Shown in pieces: positions 29,366-37,887 of a stretch of 40,584 nt of DNA (the first letter of the stretch is position 1; every line of letters begins with the position of its first letter). Origin of the DNA: Rubrivivax sp. (GTDB lineage Bacteria > Pseudomonadota > Gammaproteobacteria > Burkholderiales > Burkholderiaceae_C); assembly GCA_030693565.1 (NCBI GenBank), contig JAUYAJ010000531.1, positions 1-40,584 of the forward strand, written 5' to 3'. The notes below the pieces were generated by a model. The model was not told where the DNA came from and searched no databases. It saw only the letters and a program-made list of their open reading frames with translations. The position numbers and the translations under genes are program-made.

Positions 29366-30306
29366 GGAGTCTCCGTCTGTTGTGGGGGGTGGATCGGTTG
29401 CGGCGCTGGTGCGACCGCGCCCATCGCCTCGGCGTCGCGCAGCAGCGCCAGCGCACGGCGGTAGACCGGCTTGTCGACCATCAAGGTGCCAACGCGGATC
29501 GCGCCCAGCCCGTTGGCATCGGCGGTCTCGAAAGCGTCGACGATGGCGCGCGCCTCGGCACACTGCGCCGGCGCAGGCGTGTAGCAATCGTTGACGGCGG
29601 CGATGAACTTCGGGTGCACGACCACCGCGCCGCGAAAGCCCAGCCCGCGCGCCTGCTCAAGCACGAGTCTGAAGGCTTCGACCTCGCCCAATGCGGCGAT
29701 CGACGCGACGAAGCCGATGGGCTGGATGCGCGCCGCGCGCGCCGCGTGCAGCACCATCAGGCTCGGTGCCATCAATGCCTCGGGGCTGGGCAGGCCGCCG
29801 CAGTCAAGCGAGAAGTCCTCGCTGCCCAGCATCATGCCCATCACGCGCGCGTCGGCGGCGGCGATCTCGTGCAGCCGCGGCAGCGCCAGCGCGCTCTCGA
29901 TCTGCAGCAGCAGGCGTACGTGGCCGGCCGCCATGCAGCGATCGGCCTCCAGCGCTGCCACCGCCGACGCCAGCAACTGCACGTCTCGGGCATGTTCAAC
30001 CTTGGGTAGCACCAGCAGGTCCAGGCCCGGCCGCACCGCGGCCTGCAGGTCGGCCACCGCCGTCAGCAGGTCGGCGTTGATGCGCACTGCCACCGCCTTG
30101 CCGGCCGCGGCCAGCGTGGCGTATGCGGCCTCCAGGCCTTGGCGTGCCGCCGCTTTGCGGCTCGGGTGCGTGCCGTCCTCAAGGTCCAGGATCGCAGCGT
30201 CGCAGTCTCGCGTCGCTGCGCTGGCGATCAGCCTGCCGTCGGCTGCCGGCACGAACAGCAGCGAGCGCAGCGGCCGCAGCGGCCGCACGGTTGGCATGGC
30301 GCTCAC
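29362..30306 (-). CDS. CitE/HpcH-HpaI family acyl-CoA lyase (start 30306 GTG or 30297 ATG)
   Basis: RSLLFVPA, LDLEDG, VRIN, LPKVE, GSEDF, MVDKPV. Confidence 0.9.
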   Translation of the reverse strand: MSAMPTVRPLRPLRSLLFVPAADGRLIASAATRDCDAAILDLEDGTHPSRKAAARQGLEAAYATLAAAGKAVAVRINADLLTAVADLQAAVRPGLDLLVLPKVEHARDVQLLASAVAALEADRCMAAGHVRLLLQIESALALPRLHEIAAADARVMGMMLGSEDFSLDCGGLPSPEALMAPSLMVLHAARAARIQPIGFVASIAALGEVEAFRLVLEQARGLGFRGAVVVHPKFIAAVNDCYTPAPAQCAEARAIVDAFETADANGLGAIRVGTLMVDKPVYRRALALLRDAEAMGAVAPAPQPIHPPQQTETP

Positions 30307-31472
30307 TCGGCTCGCGCCGCCAGCCAGCGTGCGTTGTCCTGGCCCAGCGACGGCGCCGGCCTGCGGATCGGCGGACGCTGACCGTTGATCTTGTACGGCG
30401 GCGCGTGCACCGGCACCTCGCGCCCGTCGGGCGTGGGCTGCATCACCAGCAGTTCGCGGTCTGCCATGTAGGGGTGGCCCAGCAGATCGGCGATGTCGCA
30501 CACCGGCCCGGCGGTGATGTCGCGCTCGGCGAAGAACCGCAGCGCCTCGGCCAGTGTCAGCCGGCTCAAGTGCTGCTGAATCAGATCGTCGAGCGCCTCG
30601 ACATTGCGCAGCCGCGCTTCGTGGGTCGCGAAGCGCGGGTCCTGCAGGGCCTCGGGCGCGCCGATGCCGTCGAACAGCCGCGCCAGCGTGGCTTCCATGC
30701 CGGCCGACAGCGCGACCCAGCGCCCGTCGCTGGTGCGGTAGACATTCCGCGGCGCGTGGGTCGGCGAGCGGCTGCCGGCGCGCTGCGGGCGCTCGCCGGT
30801 AAGGCCGTACTCGGCTGCCTGCGGGCCGAGCACCGAAAACAGCGGCTCGAACAGCGACAGGTCGATCTCCTGCACCTGCGCCGGCCCGCCGGCGCGCTGC
30901 CGGTGCACCGCCGCCAGCGCCAGCGATGCGCCATAGAGCCCGGCGACCGAGTCAGCCATCGCGAACGGCGGCAGCACCGGCGGCCGGTCGGCAAAGCCGT
31001 TCATCGCCGCGAAGCCACTCATGGCCTCGATCAGCGAGCCGAAGCCGCCCTTGTCGGCGAACAGCCCTGTCTGGCCCCAGCCCGAGATGCGCACCACCAC
31101 CAGCCGCGGGCTGATCCCGGCCAGCGTGTCCAGGTCCAGCCCCATGCGCTCCAGCGTGCCGGGTCGGAAGTTCTCGACCAGCACGTCGGCGCGCGCGATC
31201 AGGCCGCGCAGCGCGGCCATGCCGTCGGCGCTGCGCAAATCAAGTTCGACGCTGTCCTTGTTGCGGGCGTAGGTCAGCCAGTAAGTGCTGACGCCGTCGC
31301 GCTGCCAGGCACGCAGTTCGTCGCCCTTCCTCGGCGGCTCGACTTTGATCACGGTCGCGCCCAGGTCGGCCAGCACGTGGGTCAGCATGTTCCCCGAGAC
31401 CAGCCGCGACAGGTCGAGCACCGTCAGGTCGTGCAGCAGGCCAGCGGGGCGGGGTGCGTCGTCAGGGTTCAT
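30303..31472 (-). CDS. CaiB/BaiF class III CoA-transferase
   Basis: LADLGATVIKVEPP, ARNKDS, ENFRPGTLERMGL, MADSVAG, APSLGQDN. Confidence 0.93.
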   Translation of the reverse strand: MNPDDAPRPAGLLHDLTVLDLSRLVSGNMLTHVLADLGATVIKVEPPRKGDELRAWQRDGVSTYWLTYARNKDSVELDLRSADGMAALRGLIARADVLVENFRPGTLERMGLDLDTLAGISPRLVVVRISGWGQTGLFADKGGFGSLIEAMSGFAAMNGFADRPPVLPPFAMADSVAGLYGASLALAAVHRQRAGGPAQVQEIDLSLFEPLFSVLGPQAAEYGLTGERPQRAGSRSPTHAPRNVYRTSDGRWVALSAGMEATLARLFDGIGAPEALQDPRFATHEARLRNVEALDDLIQQHLSRLTLAEALRFFAERDITAGPVCDIADLLGHPYMADRELLVMQPTPDGREVPVHAPPYKINGQRPPIRRPAPSLGQDNARWLAARAE

Positions 31473-31531
31473 CGGCGCGGATTCTGTCGCCGCACGGGGT
31501 ATTCTGGAAATACATTTGAGCTCTAGTCGCC

Positions 31532-31546
31532 ATCACGAAACGAGAT
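31532..31546. promoter_or_regulatory. LysR-type binding box (ATC-N9-GAT, T-N11-A)
   Basis: ATCACGAAACGAGAT in the AT-richer divergent intergenic region just before lysR. Confidence 0.55.
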
Positions 31547-31550
31547 AGTC

Positions 31551-32489
31551 ATGGAGCTGCGCCAGCTGCGCTACCTGGTCGGCATCTGCGAAGCCGGCAG
31601 TCTGCTCGCGGCGTCGCGCCGGCTGCATGTGGCGCAGCCGGCGCTCAGTCACCACGTGGCCGCGCTCGAGGAAGAGCTCGGCGCGCGCCTCTTCACGCGC
31701 AGTAACCGCGGCATGGCGCCGACCGACGCCGGACGTGCCTTTCTTGAGCACGCGCGCGTTGTGCTCGCCGATGTCGAGCGTGCTGCCAGCTCGGTGCGCC
31801 TGCCTGGCGCCGAGATCCGCGGCGACGTCGTCGTCGGCCTGCCGACGACGGTCGCGCTGGTGGCCACGCTGCCGGTGCTGCAGGCCGCGCGCGCGCAGCA
31901 CCCTGGCGTCCGGCTCAAGTTGGTCGAGAGCCACAGCGGCTACCTTCGCGAGTGGCTTGAAGCCGGGCGGCTCGACCTGTCGGTGCTGTTCGCCGCCGGC
32001 GCCGGGCCGGAGCCAGCGCAGCGCCCGCTGCTCGAGGAACGCCTGGTGCTGGTCACGCGGCCTGCCGACCGGCCGACCGGACGCGAGGTCACGCTGCGCC
32101 AGGCGGCCCTGCGGCCGATGGTGCTGCCGGGTCGCGATCACGGCCTGCGTCGCATCATTGACGACGCCTGCGCACGGGCTGGCGTCACGCTGGATGTGCT
32201 GGCAGAGATCGACTCGCTGCCGAACATCAAGGCCGCGGTGCGCGCCGGCCTGGCCAGCACCGTCCTGTCGCCAGGCGCGGTGGCCGAGGAGGTCGAAGCC
32301 GGCCAGCTGGCAGTGGCCACGCTGGCGCGGCCGCACATCACGCGCCGCGTCGTCTGCGCCAGCGCTTTGACACGCCCGCTGACGCCCGCCGGCGCTGCGA
32401 TGCTGGCGCTGATCGAGCGCGTGATCCGCGGCTTGGTGCAAAGCCGCTCGTGGCCGGCGCGCTGGGTCGGCGCCGACGCGCCGGCCTGA
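31551..32489 (+). CDS. LysR-family transcriptional regulator (Nac-like)
   Basis: MELRQLRY...HVAQPALS...LEEELGARLFTR HTH; divergent from the CoA-transferase operon. Confidence 0.95.
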   Translation: MELRQLRYLVGICEAGSLLAASRRLHVAQPALSHHVAALEEELGARLFTRSNRGMAPTDAGRAFLEHARVVLADVERAASSVRLPGAEIRGDVVVGLPTTVALVATLPVLQAARAQHPGVRLKLVESHSGYLREWLEAGRLDLSVLFAAGAGPEPAQRPLLEERLVLVTRPADRPTGREVTLRQAALRPMVLPGRDHGLRRIIDDACARAGVTLDVLAEIDSLPNIKAAVRAGLASTVLSPGAVAEEVEAGQLAVATLARPHITRRVVCASALTRPLTPAGAAMLALIERVIRGLVQSRSWPARWVGADAPA

Positions 32490-32552
32490 GCAGTCACGCA
32501 TAGGTTCCCATCACGCCGGCCACTCGTCGCGCTGCCCGGGCCGCTTGGCCGC

Positions 32553-33245
32553 TCATCGGGCGCCGGCCGCGCGCAGCAGCGCGATGACCGCGCCCTGGCC
32601 CCGCTGCTCGGCGTGGGCCAGCGGCGTCAGGCCTTGCCGGTCGGCCAGATCGAGCTTCGCGCGGTGTGCGATCAGCAGCCTGACGATCTCGACGTAGCGC
32701 GGACCACCGTCGCCCAGAATCACCGCCTCGAGCAGCGCGGTCCAGCCCAGGTCGTTGACATGATCGATGTCGATGCCCGACCCCAGCAGCAGCCGGACGG
32801 TCTCCACATGGCCGTAATGACAGGCCGGGATCAAGGCCGTGCCGCCGTAGCGGTTGGTGAGCTTGAGGTCGGCCCCGGCGGCCAGCGCGCGACGAACGAT
32901 CTCCGTGTGGCCGCGCGCACCGGCGAGCAGGAAGGCGCTGTCGCGCTGCTCGTCCTGCGCGTTGACGTCGGCGCCTTGCGCGATCAGCCAAAGCGCCGCG
33001 CCACTGTGTCCGCGCTGGGTGGCGGCCAGCACGGCGTTGCGCCCTTGGCGGTCACGCCAGTGGAGGTCCGCCCCGGCGCCCAGGGCCGCACGCAGCGCCT
33101 GGAGGTCGCCTCGCAGCGCCGCGGCTATCAACGTCTGGCCCGAGCGCTGTGCGTCGATGGTGGGCGTGAAGGGCCCCGAGTTGCCAGCGCGGACCCCGGA
33201 CCCAGGCGCGGCCAGCAGCGCCAGCAGCGCCCAGCGCCGGTTCAA
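32553..33245 (-). CDS. Exported ankyrin-repeat protein (YahD-like), paralog of 21304-21975
   Basis: Probable TTG start overlapping the deaminase TGA; NRRWALLALLAA leader; NRYGGTALIPA, NDLGWTALLEAVILGDGG. Confidence 0.85.
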   Translation of the reverse strand: MNRRWALLALLAAPGSGVRAGNSGPFTPTIDAQRSGQTLIAAALRGDLQALRAALGAGADLHWRDRQGRNAVLAATQRGHSGAALWLIAQGADVNAQDEQRDSAFLLAGARGHTEIVRRALAAGADLKLTNRYGGTALIPACHYGHVETVRLLLGSGIDIDHVNDLGWTALLEAVILGDGGPRYVEIVRLLIAHRAKLDLADRQGLTPLAHAEQRGQGAVIALLRAAGAR

Positions 33246-33643
33246 GGCGGCGCTCCCGCGTCGACCAGGCCGTCGCCATGAACCATTCGAGCGATCCGGG
33301 CCCAGGACGCCGCCGCCTCGCACATGCGGCAAGGCCTGGAGGTCGAGACCAGCACGCAGCCCGAGAGATCGCGGCTGCGCAGGCGCCGCGCGGCGTCGCG
33401 GATGGCTTCCATCTCGGCATGCGCCGTCGGGTCGCCTGCGGTGACGACGCGGCTGGGCGCCTCGCCCACGATGCGCTCGCCGCAAAGGACCACTGCACCA
33501 AATGCCTGATCGCCACTGGCCAGCGCCTGTTCGCGCATCAGCCGCGCGCGCTGCATGGCCAGGGCCAGCGCCGGGGTCTGCGGCGCCTGGGCCGGCGCTG
33601 CCAGGGGCGTCAACGTCAGCAGGCAAAGGCGGCGGCTGATCAT
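33242..33643 (-). CDS. Zn-dependent nucleoside/nucleobase deaminase (TadA/GuaD-like fold) with a putative Tat-like leader
   Basis: FGAVV, DPTAHAE, PCRMC; N-terminus MISRRLCLLTLTPLAAPAQA. Confidence 0.88.
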   Translation of the reverse strand: MISRRLCLLTLTPLAAPAQAPQTPALALAMQRARLMREQALASGDQAFGAVVLCGERIVGEAPSRVVTAGDPTAHAEMEAIRDAARRLRSRDLSGCVLVSTSRPCRMCEAAASWARIARMVHGDGLVDAGAPP

Positions 33644-33831
33644 GGTCGGCCCTGGGCCTGGGGCGCCCATCGGTTGCCCGGCGGCTTGCAAGTCGGCGTG
33701 CGCTCGGACGCCTTGTCCCGTTCGTCAGCGCTCATCAGCACGGTGGTCCTGGCGGTGGCCGCGCCGCCGTCCTTGATGACCCCTTTGTCGCCTTCGGCGG
33801 TGCAGTTGACCTGGAGAAGATACTTGGGCAT
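33640..33831 (-). pseudogene. GYD-domain protein with a large internal deletion
   Basis: MPKYLLQVNCTAEGDKGVIKDGG (family N-terminus) joined directly to TARTTVLMSADERDKA...KPPG (family C-terminus); central part missing. Confidence 0.65.
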
Positions 33832-34199
33832 CACGGCCTCCGTGTCGGTAGCTTGAATGCACTGGGCCAGCGCCAAAGCGGATCCCGCTTCCATCCCTGG
33901 CACGGCGGCCTTCACTCTACGCTTGGCCGGGCCTGACGCCAGCAGCGCGGCGCGCTCCGACTTCAATGAGCGAGCGTTGACCCACAGCGGCAACGGGCGG
34001 CGCTGGGTTGAACACCGCCTCACGCACGCCCGGTCCGATCAGCATTGAGGCCGCGATGCCTGACGCCGCCCGTAGGAGCCCGACTACAGCGCCGCGTGGT
34101 GGCGTCCGATTGGCGCCGGGCCTGCCGGCGGCGACAGTTGGCCCCATCGGACCGGTGCCACCGGCTGCCGGCCCGCGCTTGCCCCCCCAGGAGACATCC

Positions 34200-35870
34200 A
34201 TGAAGACACTTTCGAAGATCGGCTGGTCGCTCGGCGCGCTGTTGGTCGCCGGCCAAGCCTTTGCCGACATCACCTTCTACGAGCATGACGGCTTCCAAGG
34301 GCGTTCGTTCGTGGCCGCTGGCGACCGTCCGGTTGCGAACCTGCGCTCGCAAGGCTTCAACGACCGTGCCTCGTCGGTCATCGTGGCGGGCGCGCGCAGC
34401 GAGCGCTGGGAGGTTTGCGAGGACGGCGGCTTTCAAGGGCGCTGCGTCGTGCTGCGGCCCGGCGAATACCCGTCGCTGACCGCGATGGGGCTGAACGACC
34501 GCATCTCGTCGGTGCGCTCGATTCCCGCCAAGCAGCGCGTGGCCGACAACCGCTATGCGCCGGCCCCGGGCGCCCCCAGCCAGATCGAATTCTTTGCCCG
34601 CGAAGACTTTGCCGGCCGCAGCTACAGCACCGGCAACGCCGTGCCCGACTTGCGCGGCAACCGTTTCGACGACCGCACGTCGTCGATCGTGGTCACCGGT
34701 GGCACCTGGCAAGTCTGCGCCGACCCTGGCTACGCGGGCACTTGTGCGCTGCTGCGCCCGGGCCGCTATCCGACGCTGGCCAACTTCGGGTTCGAGAATC
34801 GGATTTCTTCGGCCCGCGCTGTCGCCAGCACCGCGGTCCCGCCGGCGCCTCCCGCCACGCCGGCCCAGCAGATCGTCTTCTTCGAACATGAAGGCTTGCG
34901 CGGCGGCGCGTTGACCGCCACGGCCGCGATCGCCGACTTCCGCGGCACCGGCCTGGACAACCGCGCCTCGTCGGTGGTCGTCGCCAGCGCCGCCTGGGAG
35001 GTCTGCCAGGGCACGGGTTTCACAGGCCCTTGTGTCATCTTGCGCCCGGGCACGTACGCCTCGCTCAAAGAGATGGGGATGAACGAGCGCATCTCGTCGG
35101 CACGCGTCTACCAGGCGCCGCCCGCACCGCCGCCGGTGCTGGTCGGCCAGATCAGCTTGTACGAGGCCGACGGATACCAAGGCCGCAACCACACCAGCGA
35201 GGCCGCGGTGGCCGACATGCGCCGCGTCGGATTCGACGACCGCGCGTCGTCGGTCGTCGTGCGCGGCAACCAAGCCTGGGAGGTCTGCGAAGACCTGAGC
35301 TTCAGCGGACGCTGCGTGCTGTTGCAGCCGGGCGACTACCCCTCGCTCAGCGCGATGGGCATGAACAACCGCATCACCTCGATGCGCATGGTCGCCACGG
35401 GCGCGCAGCCGCAGCGCCCCCCCGTGGCGGGCGACTACCGGCGCCGCGACGACGAGCGCCTGTTCCAGGCCCAGGTGACCCAGGTTCGCGCGGTGGTCGC
35501 CGACGGCGGCCAGCGTTGCTGGGTTGAACGTGAGCAGGTCAACAGCGGCCGCGCCGACCCCAACGTCCAGGGCGCGGTGATCGGTGCCGTGCTGGGCGGC
35601 ATCCTGGGCCACCAGGTCGGTGGTGGATCCGGCCGCGACATCGCCACCGGCCTGGGAGTTTTGGCGGGCGCGGCGATCGGCGCCAATACCGGCCGCCAGG
35701 ATGTGGTGCAGACGCAGGACGTGAAACGCTGCGACAAGGCGCCGGCCCAGGCCCGCCCGGCTTATTACGACGTGACCTACAGCTTCCGCGGCCAGGACTA
35801 CAAGGCGCAGATGAGCGAAGCCCCGGGCCAGACCATCACGGTCAACGAACGCGGCGAACCGCGCGGCTGA
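34200..35870 (+). CDS. Secreted protein with four beta/gamma-crystallin domains and a C-terminal glycine-zipper 2TM (YcfJ-like) domain
   Basis: AGGAG RBS; signal peptide; 4x (FxG...[ND][DN]RxSS...WxVC...GxC..LxPGxY...RISS); GAVIGAVLGGILGHQVGGGSG. Confidence 0.9.
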   Translation: MKTLSKIGWSLGALLVAGQAFADITFYEHDGFQGRSFVAAGDRPVANLRSQGFNDRASSVIVAGARSERWEVCEDGGFQGRCVVLRPGEYPSLTAMGLNDRISSVRSIPAKQRVADNRYAPAPGAPSQIEFFAREDFAGRSYSTGNAVPDLRGNRFDDRTSSIVVTGGTWQVCADPGYAGTCALLRPGRYPTLANFGFENRISSARAVASTAVPPAPPATPAQQIVFFEHEGLRGGALTATAAIADFRGTGLDNRASSVVVASAAWEVCQGTGFTGPCVILRPGTYASLKEMGMNERISSARVYQAPPAPPPVLVGQISLYEADGYQGRNHTSEAAVADMRRVGFDDRASSVVVRGNQAWEVCEDLSFSGRCVLLQPGDYPSLSAMGMNNRITSMRMVATGAQPQRPPVAGDYRRRDDERLFQAQVTQVRAVVADGGQRCWVEREQVNSGRADPNVQGAVIGAVLGGILGHQVGGGSGRDIATGLGVLAGAAIGANTGRQDVVQTQDVKRCDKAPAQARPAYYDVTYSFRGQDYKAQMSEAPGQTITVNERGEPRG

Positions 35871-36109
35871 TCGACCGCGCCGCCGCATCGCGCTGGCGCG
35901 ATGGCGGGCCGATGGCAGTGCGTGCCGCCCGAATGCAGAAACGCGAACTCGCCTCCTTCGGCGGCAGCGCCGCAACGCCCCAAGTCGTCATGCGCCATGG
36001 GTCCGGGCTGCCAGTGCTGGCGCGGCAGATCAAGCGGCCGAACGAAGAAACCGGTTGCAATCGGGCATGTGCGATGGCAGTGCTCGCTCAAGCACCAGGG
36101 CGGCGCTTG

Positions 36110-36754
36110 TCACGCAGGTTGCAGCACCTTCGACGGCCGCGCCGCCATCAGCGCGCGCCAGCGAGTCAGTTCGGGGTGGCTGACGGCGTCGGGCTTGACG
36201 CGCACCACGCGGGCGAAGTCCAGCATCACCACGGCGGTGATGTCGGCGATGCTGAAGCCGTCGCCGGCCACGGTGTCGCGGCCGGCCAGGTGGCGGTCGA
36301 GTTCGGCCAGGAAGTGTTGCAGCCGGGCCAGGCCGCGCTGCGCCAGTTCGGGAATCTGCGCGTAGCCTTGCGGCCCGGTGAGCGCACGGTCCTTCATCGC
36401 CGGCGCGCTGTTGCGCAAGGCTTCGGCGACGCTGCCCAAGCCCTCGAACTCGATGCGCCAGTTCCAGCTGGCGATCTCGGCCTTTTCCAGCGCCGTGCGG
36501 CCCAGCAGCGGCGGCTCGGGGTACTGCGCCTCGAGGTAGGCGGCGATGCCGGCGTTGTCGGTCAGCACGCTGCCGTCGTCCAGCCGCAGCGCCGGCACCG
36601 TGCACAAGGGGTTGATGGCACGGAAGTCCGCGCTCAGCTGCTCGTGGCGGCGCAGGTCGACGCTGACGGTGTCGTGGCTCACGCCCTTCTCGGCCAGCAG
36701 GATGCGGGCGCGGCGCGGGCTGGGGGCCATCGCAAAGTCGTACAGGGTGAGCAT
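36110..36754 (-). CDS. Glutathione S-transferase family protein
   Basis: APSPRRARILLAEKG, INPLCTVPAL, FSIADITA. Confidence 0.9.
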   Translation of the reverse strand: MLTLYDFAMAPSPRRARILLAEKGVSHDTVSVDLRRHEQLSADFRAINPLCTVPALRLDDGSVLTDNAGIAAYLEAQYPEPPLLGRTALEKAEIASWNWRIEFEGLGSVAEALRNSAPAMKDRALTGPQGYAQIPELAQRGLARLQHFLAELDRHLAGRDTVAGDGFSIADITAVVMLDFARVVRVKPDAVSHPELTRWRALMAARPSKVLQPA

Positions 36755-36903
36755 CGGGTTCTCCTGGCGGCGCGGGCCGGTTGCGGCCAAGTCTATCGGC
36801 AGCGTGGCCAGCGCGGCGGCGCGAGCGCTGGCATGCTCGGGGCGTCGGGCGTGCCGGCGGCAACACCGCACGCCTTGTTCACCGCCTTGCTGGAGATCAT
36901 CAA

Positions 36904-37752
36904 ATGCCCGACCCAACGCCCTACACCCCGCCTGCGATCTGGACCTGGAACAAGGAAAACGGCGGCAAGTTCGCCAGCATCAACCGGCCCCTCGCCGGGC
37001 CCACCCACGACAAGGTGTTGCCGGTGGGCCGCCACCCGCTGCAGCTGTATTCGCTGGCCACGCCCAACGGCGTCAAGGTCACGGTGATGCTGGAGGAACT
37101 GCTGGCGCTGGGCCATGCCGGGGCCGAGTACGACGCCTGGCTGATCAAGATCAGCGACGGCGACCAGTTCGGCAGCGGCTTTGTCGACGTCAACCCGAAC
37201 TCCAAGATTCCGGCGCTGATGGACCGCAGTGGGCCGGCGCCGGTGCGCGTGTTCGAGTCGGGCGCGATCCTGCTCTACCTGGCCGAGAAGTTCGGCGCCT
37301 TGCTGCCCCGCGAAGGCGCGGCGCGCGCCGAGTGCCTGTCGTGGCTGTTCTGGCAGATGGGCAGTGCGCCCTACCTGGGCGGCGGCTTTGGTCACTTCTA
37401 TGCCTATGCGCCGACCAAGATCGAATACGCCATCGACCGCTTCGCGATGGAGATCAAGCGCCAGCTCGACGTGCTCGACCGCCAACTCGCCCAGCATGCC
37501 TTCCTGGCGGGCAGCGACTACAGCATCGCCGACATCGCCGTGTGGCCCTGGTACGGCGCGCTGGCCAAGGGCCTGCTCTACGAGGCCGGGGAGTTCCTGC
37601 AGGTGCAGCACTATGCGCATGTGCAGCGCTGGGCCGACCAGATCGCCGAGCGTCCGGCGGTGCAGCGCGGGCGCCGGGTCAATCGCAGCTGGGGTGACCC
37701 GGCCAGCCAGCTGCTGGAACGCCACGAGGCGGTCGATTTCGACGCGCGCTGA
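36904..37752 (+). CDS. yghU: Glutathione-dependent disulfide-bond oxidoreductase YghU
   Basis: FASINRP, LYSLATPNGVKV, NPNSKIPAL, FESGAIL, GGGFGHFYAYAP. Confidence 0.93.
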   Translation: MPDPTPYTPPAIWTWNKENGGKFASINRPLAGPTHDKVLPVGRHPLQLYSLATPNGVKVTVMLEELLALGHAGAEYDAWLIKISDGDQFGSGFVDVNPNSKIPALMDRSGPAPVRVFESGAILLYLAEKFGALLPREGAARAECLSWLFWQMGSAPYLGGGFGHFYAYAPTKIEYAIDRFAMEIKRQLDVLDRQLAQHAFLAGSDYSIADIAVWPWYGALAKGLLYEAGEFLQVQHYAHVQRWADQIAERPAVQRGRRVNRSWGDPASQLLERHEAVDFDAR

Positions 37753-37887
37753 GGCCGCCGCCGCGCAGCCGCCTGCGGCGGCGGTGAGTGCGCGTTCTTT
37801 CCGTCAGAATCCGTTTTCGATGCCCGCGCTGCGGGCACGTCCGTCGCGCCCGCGGGACTCGCTGGCATGTTGGGTCCGGGGGAGCCG

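Noticed and set aside
33242-33643. Calling the deaminase the housekeeping tadA
   Set aside because: Short C-terminus, RPC instead of EPC, leader peptide and accessory context
33850-33920. Sigma-54-like TGGCAC/TGGCGC motifs near the GYD remnant
   Set aside because: The -12 GC is absent or mis-spaced
35871-36109. Minus-strand FAFLHSGG (D-cysteine desulfhydrase-like tail) and a 12-bp direct repeat cgatggcagtgc (35910, 36072)
   Set aside because: Similarity limited to a few residues and the repeat is short; could be chance
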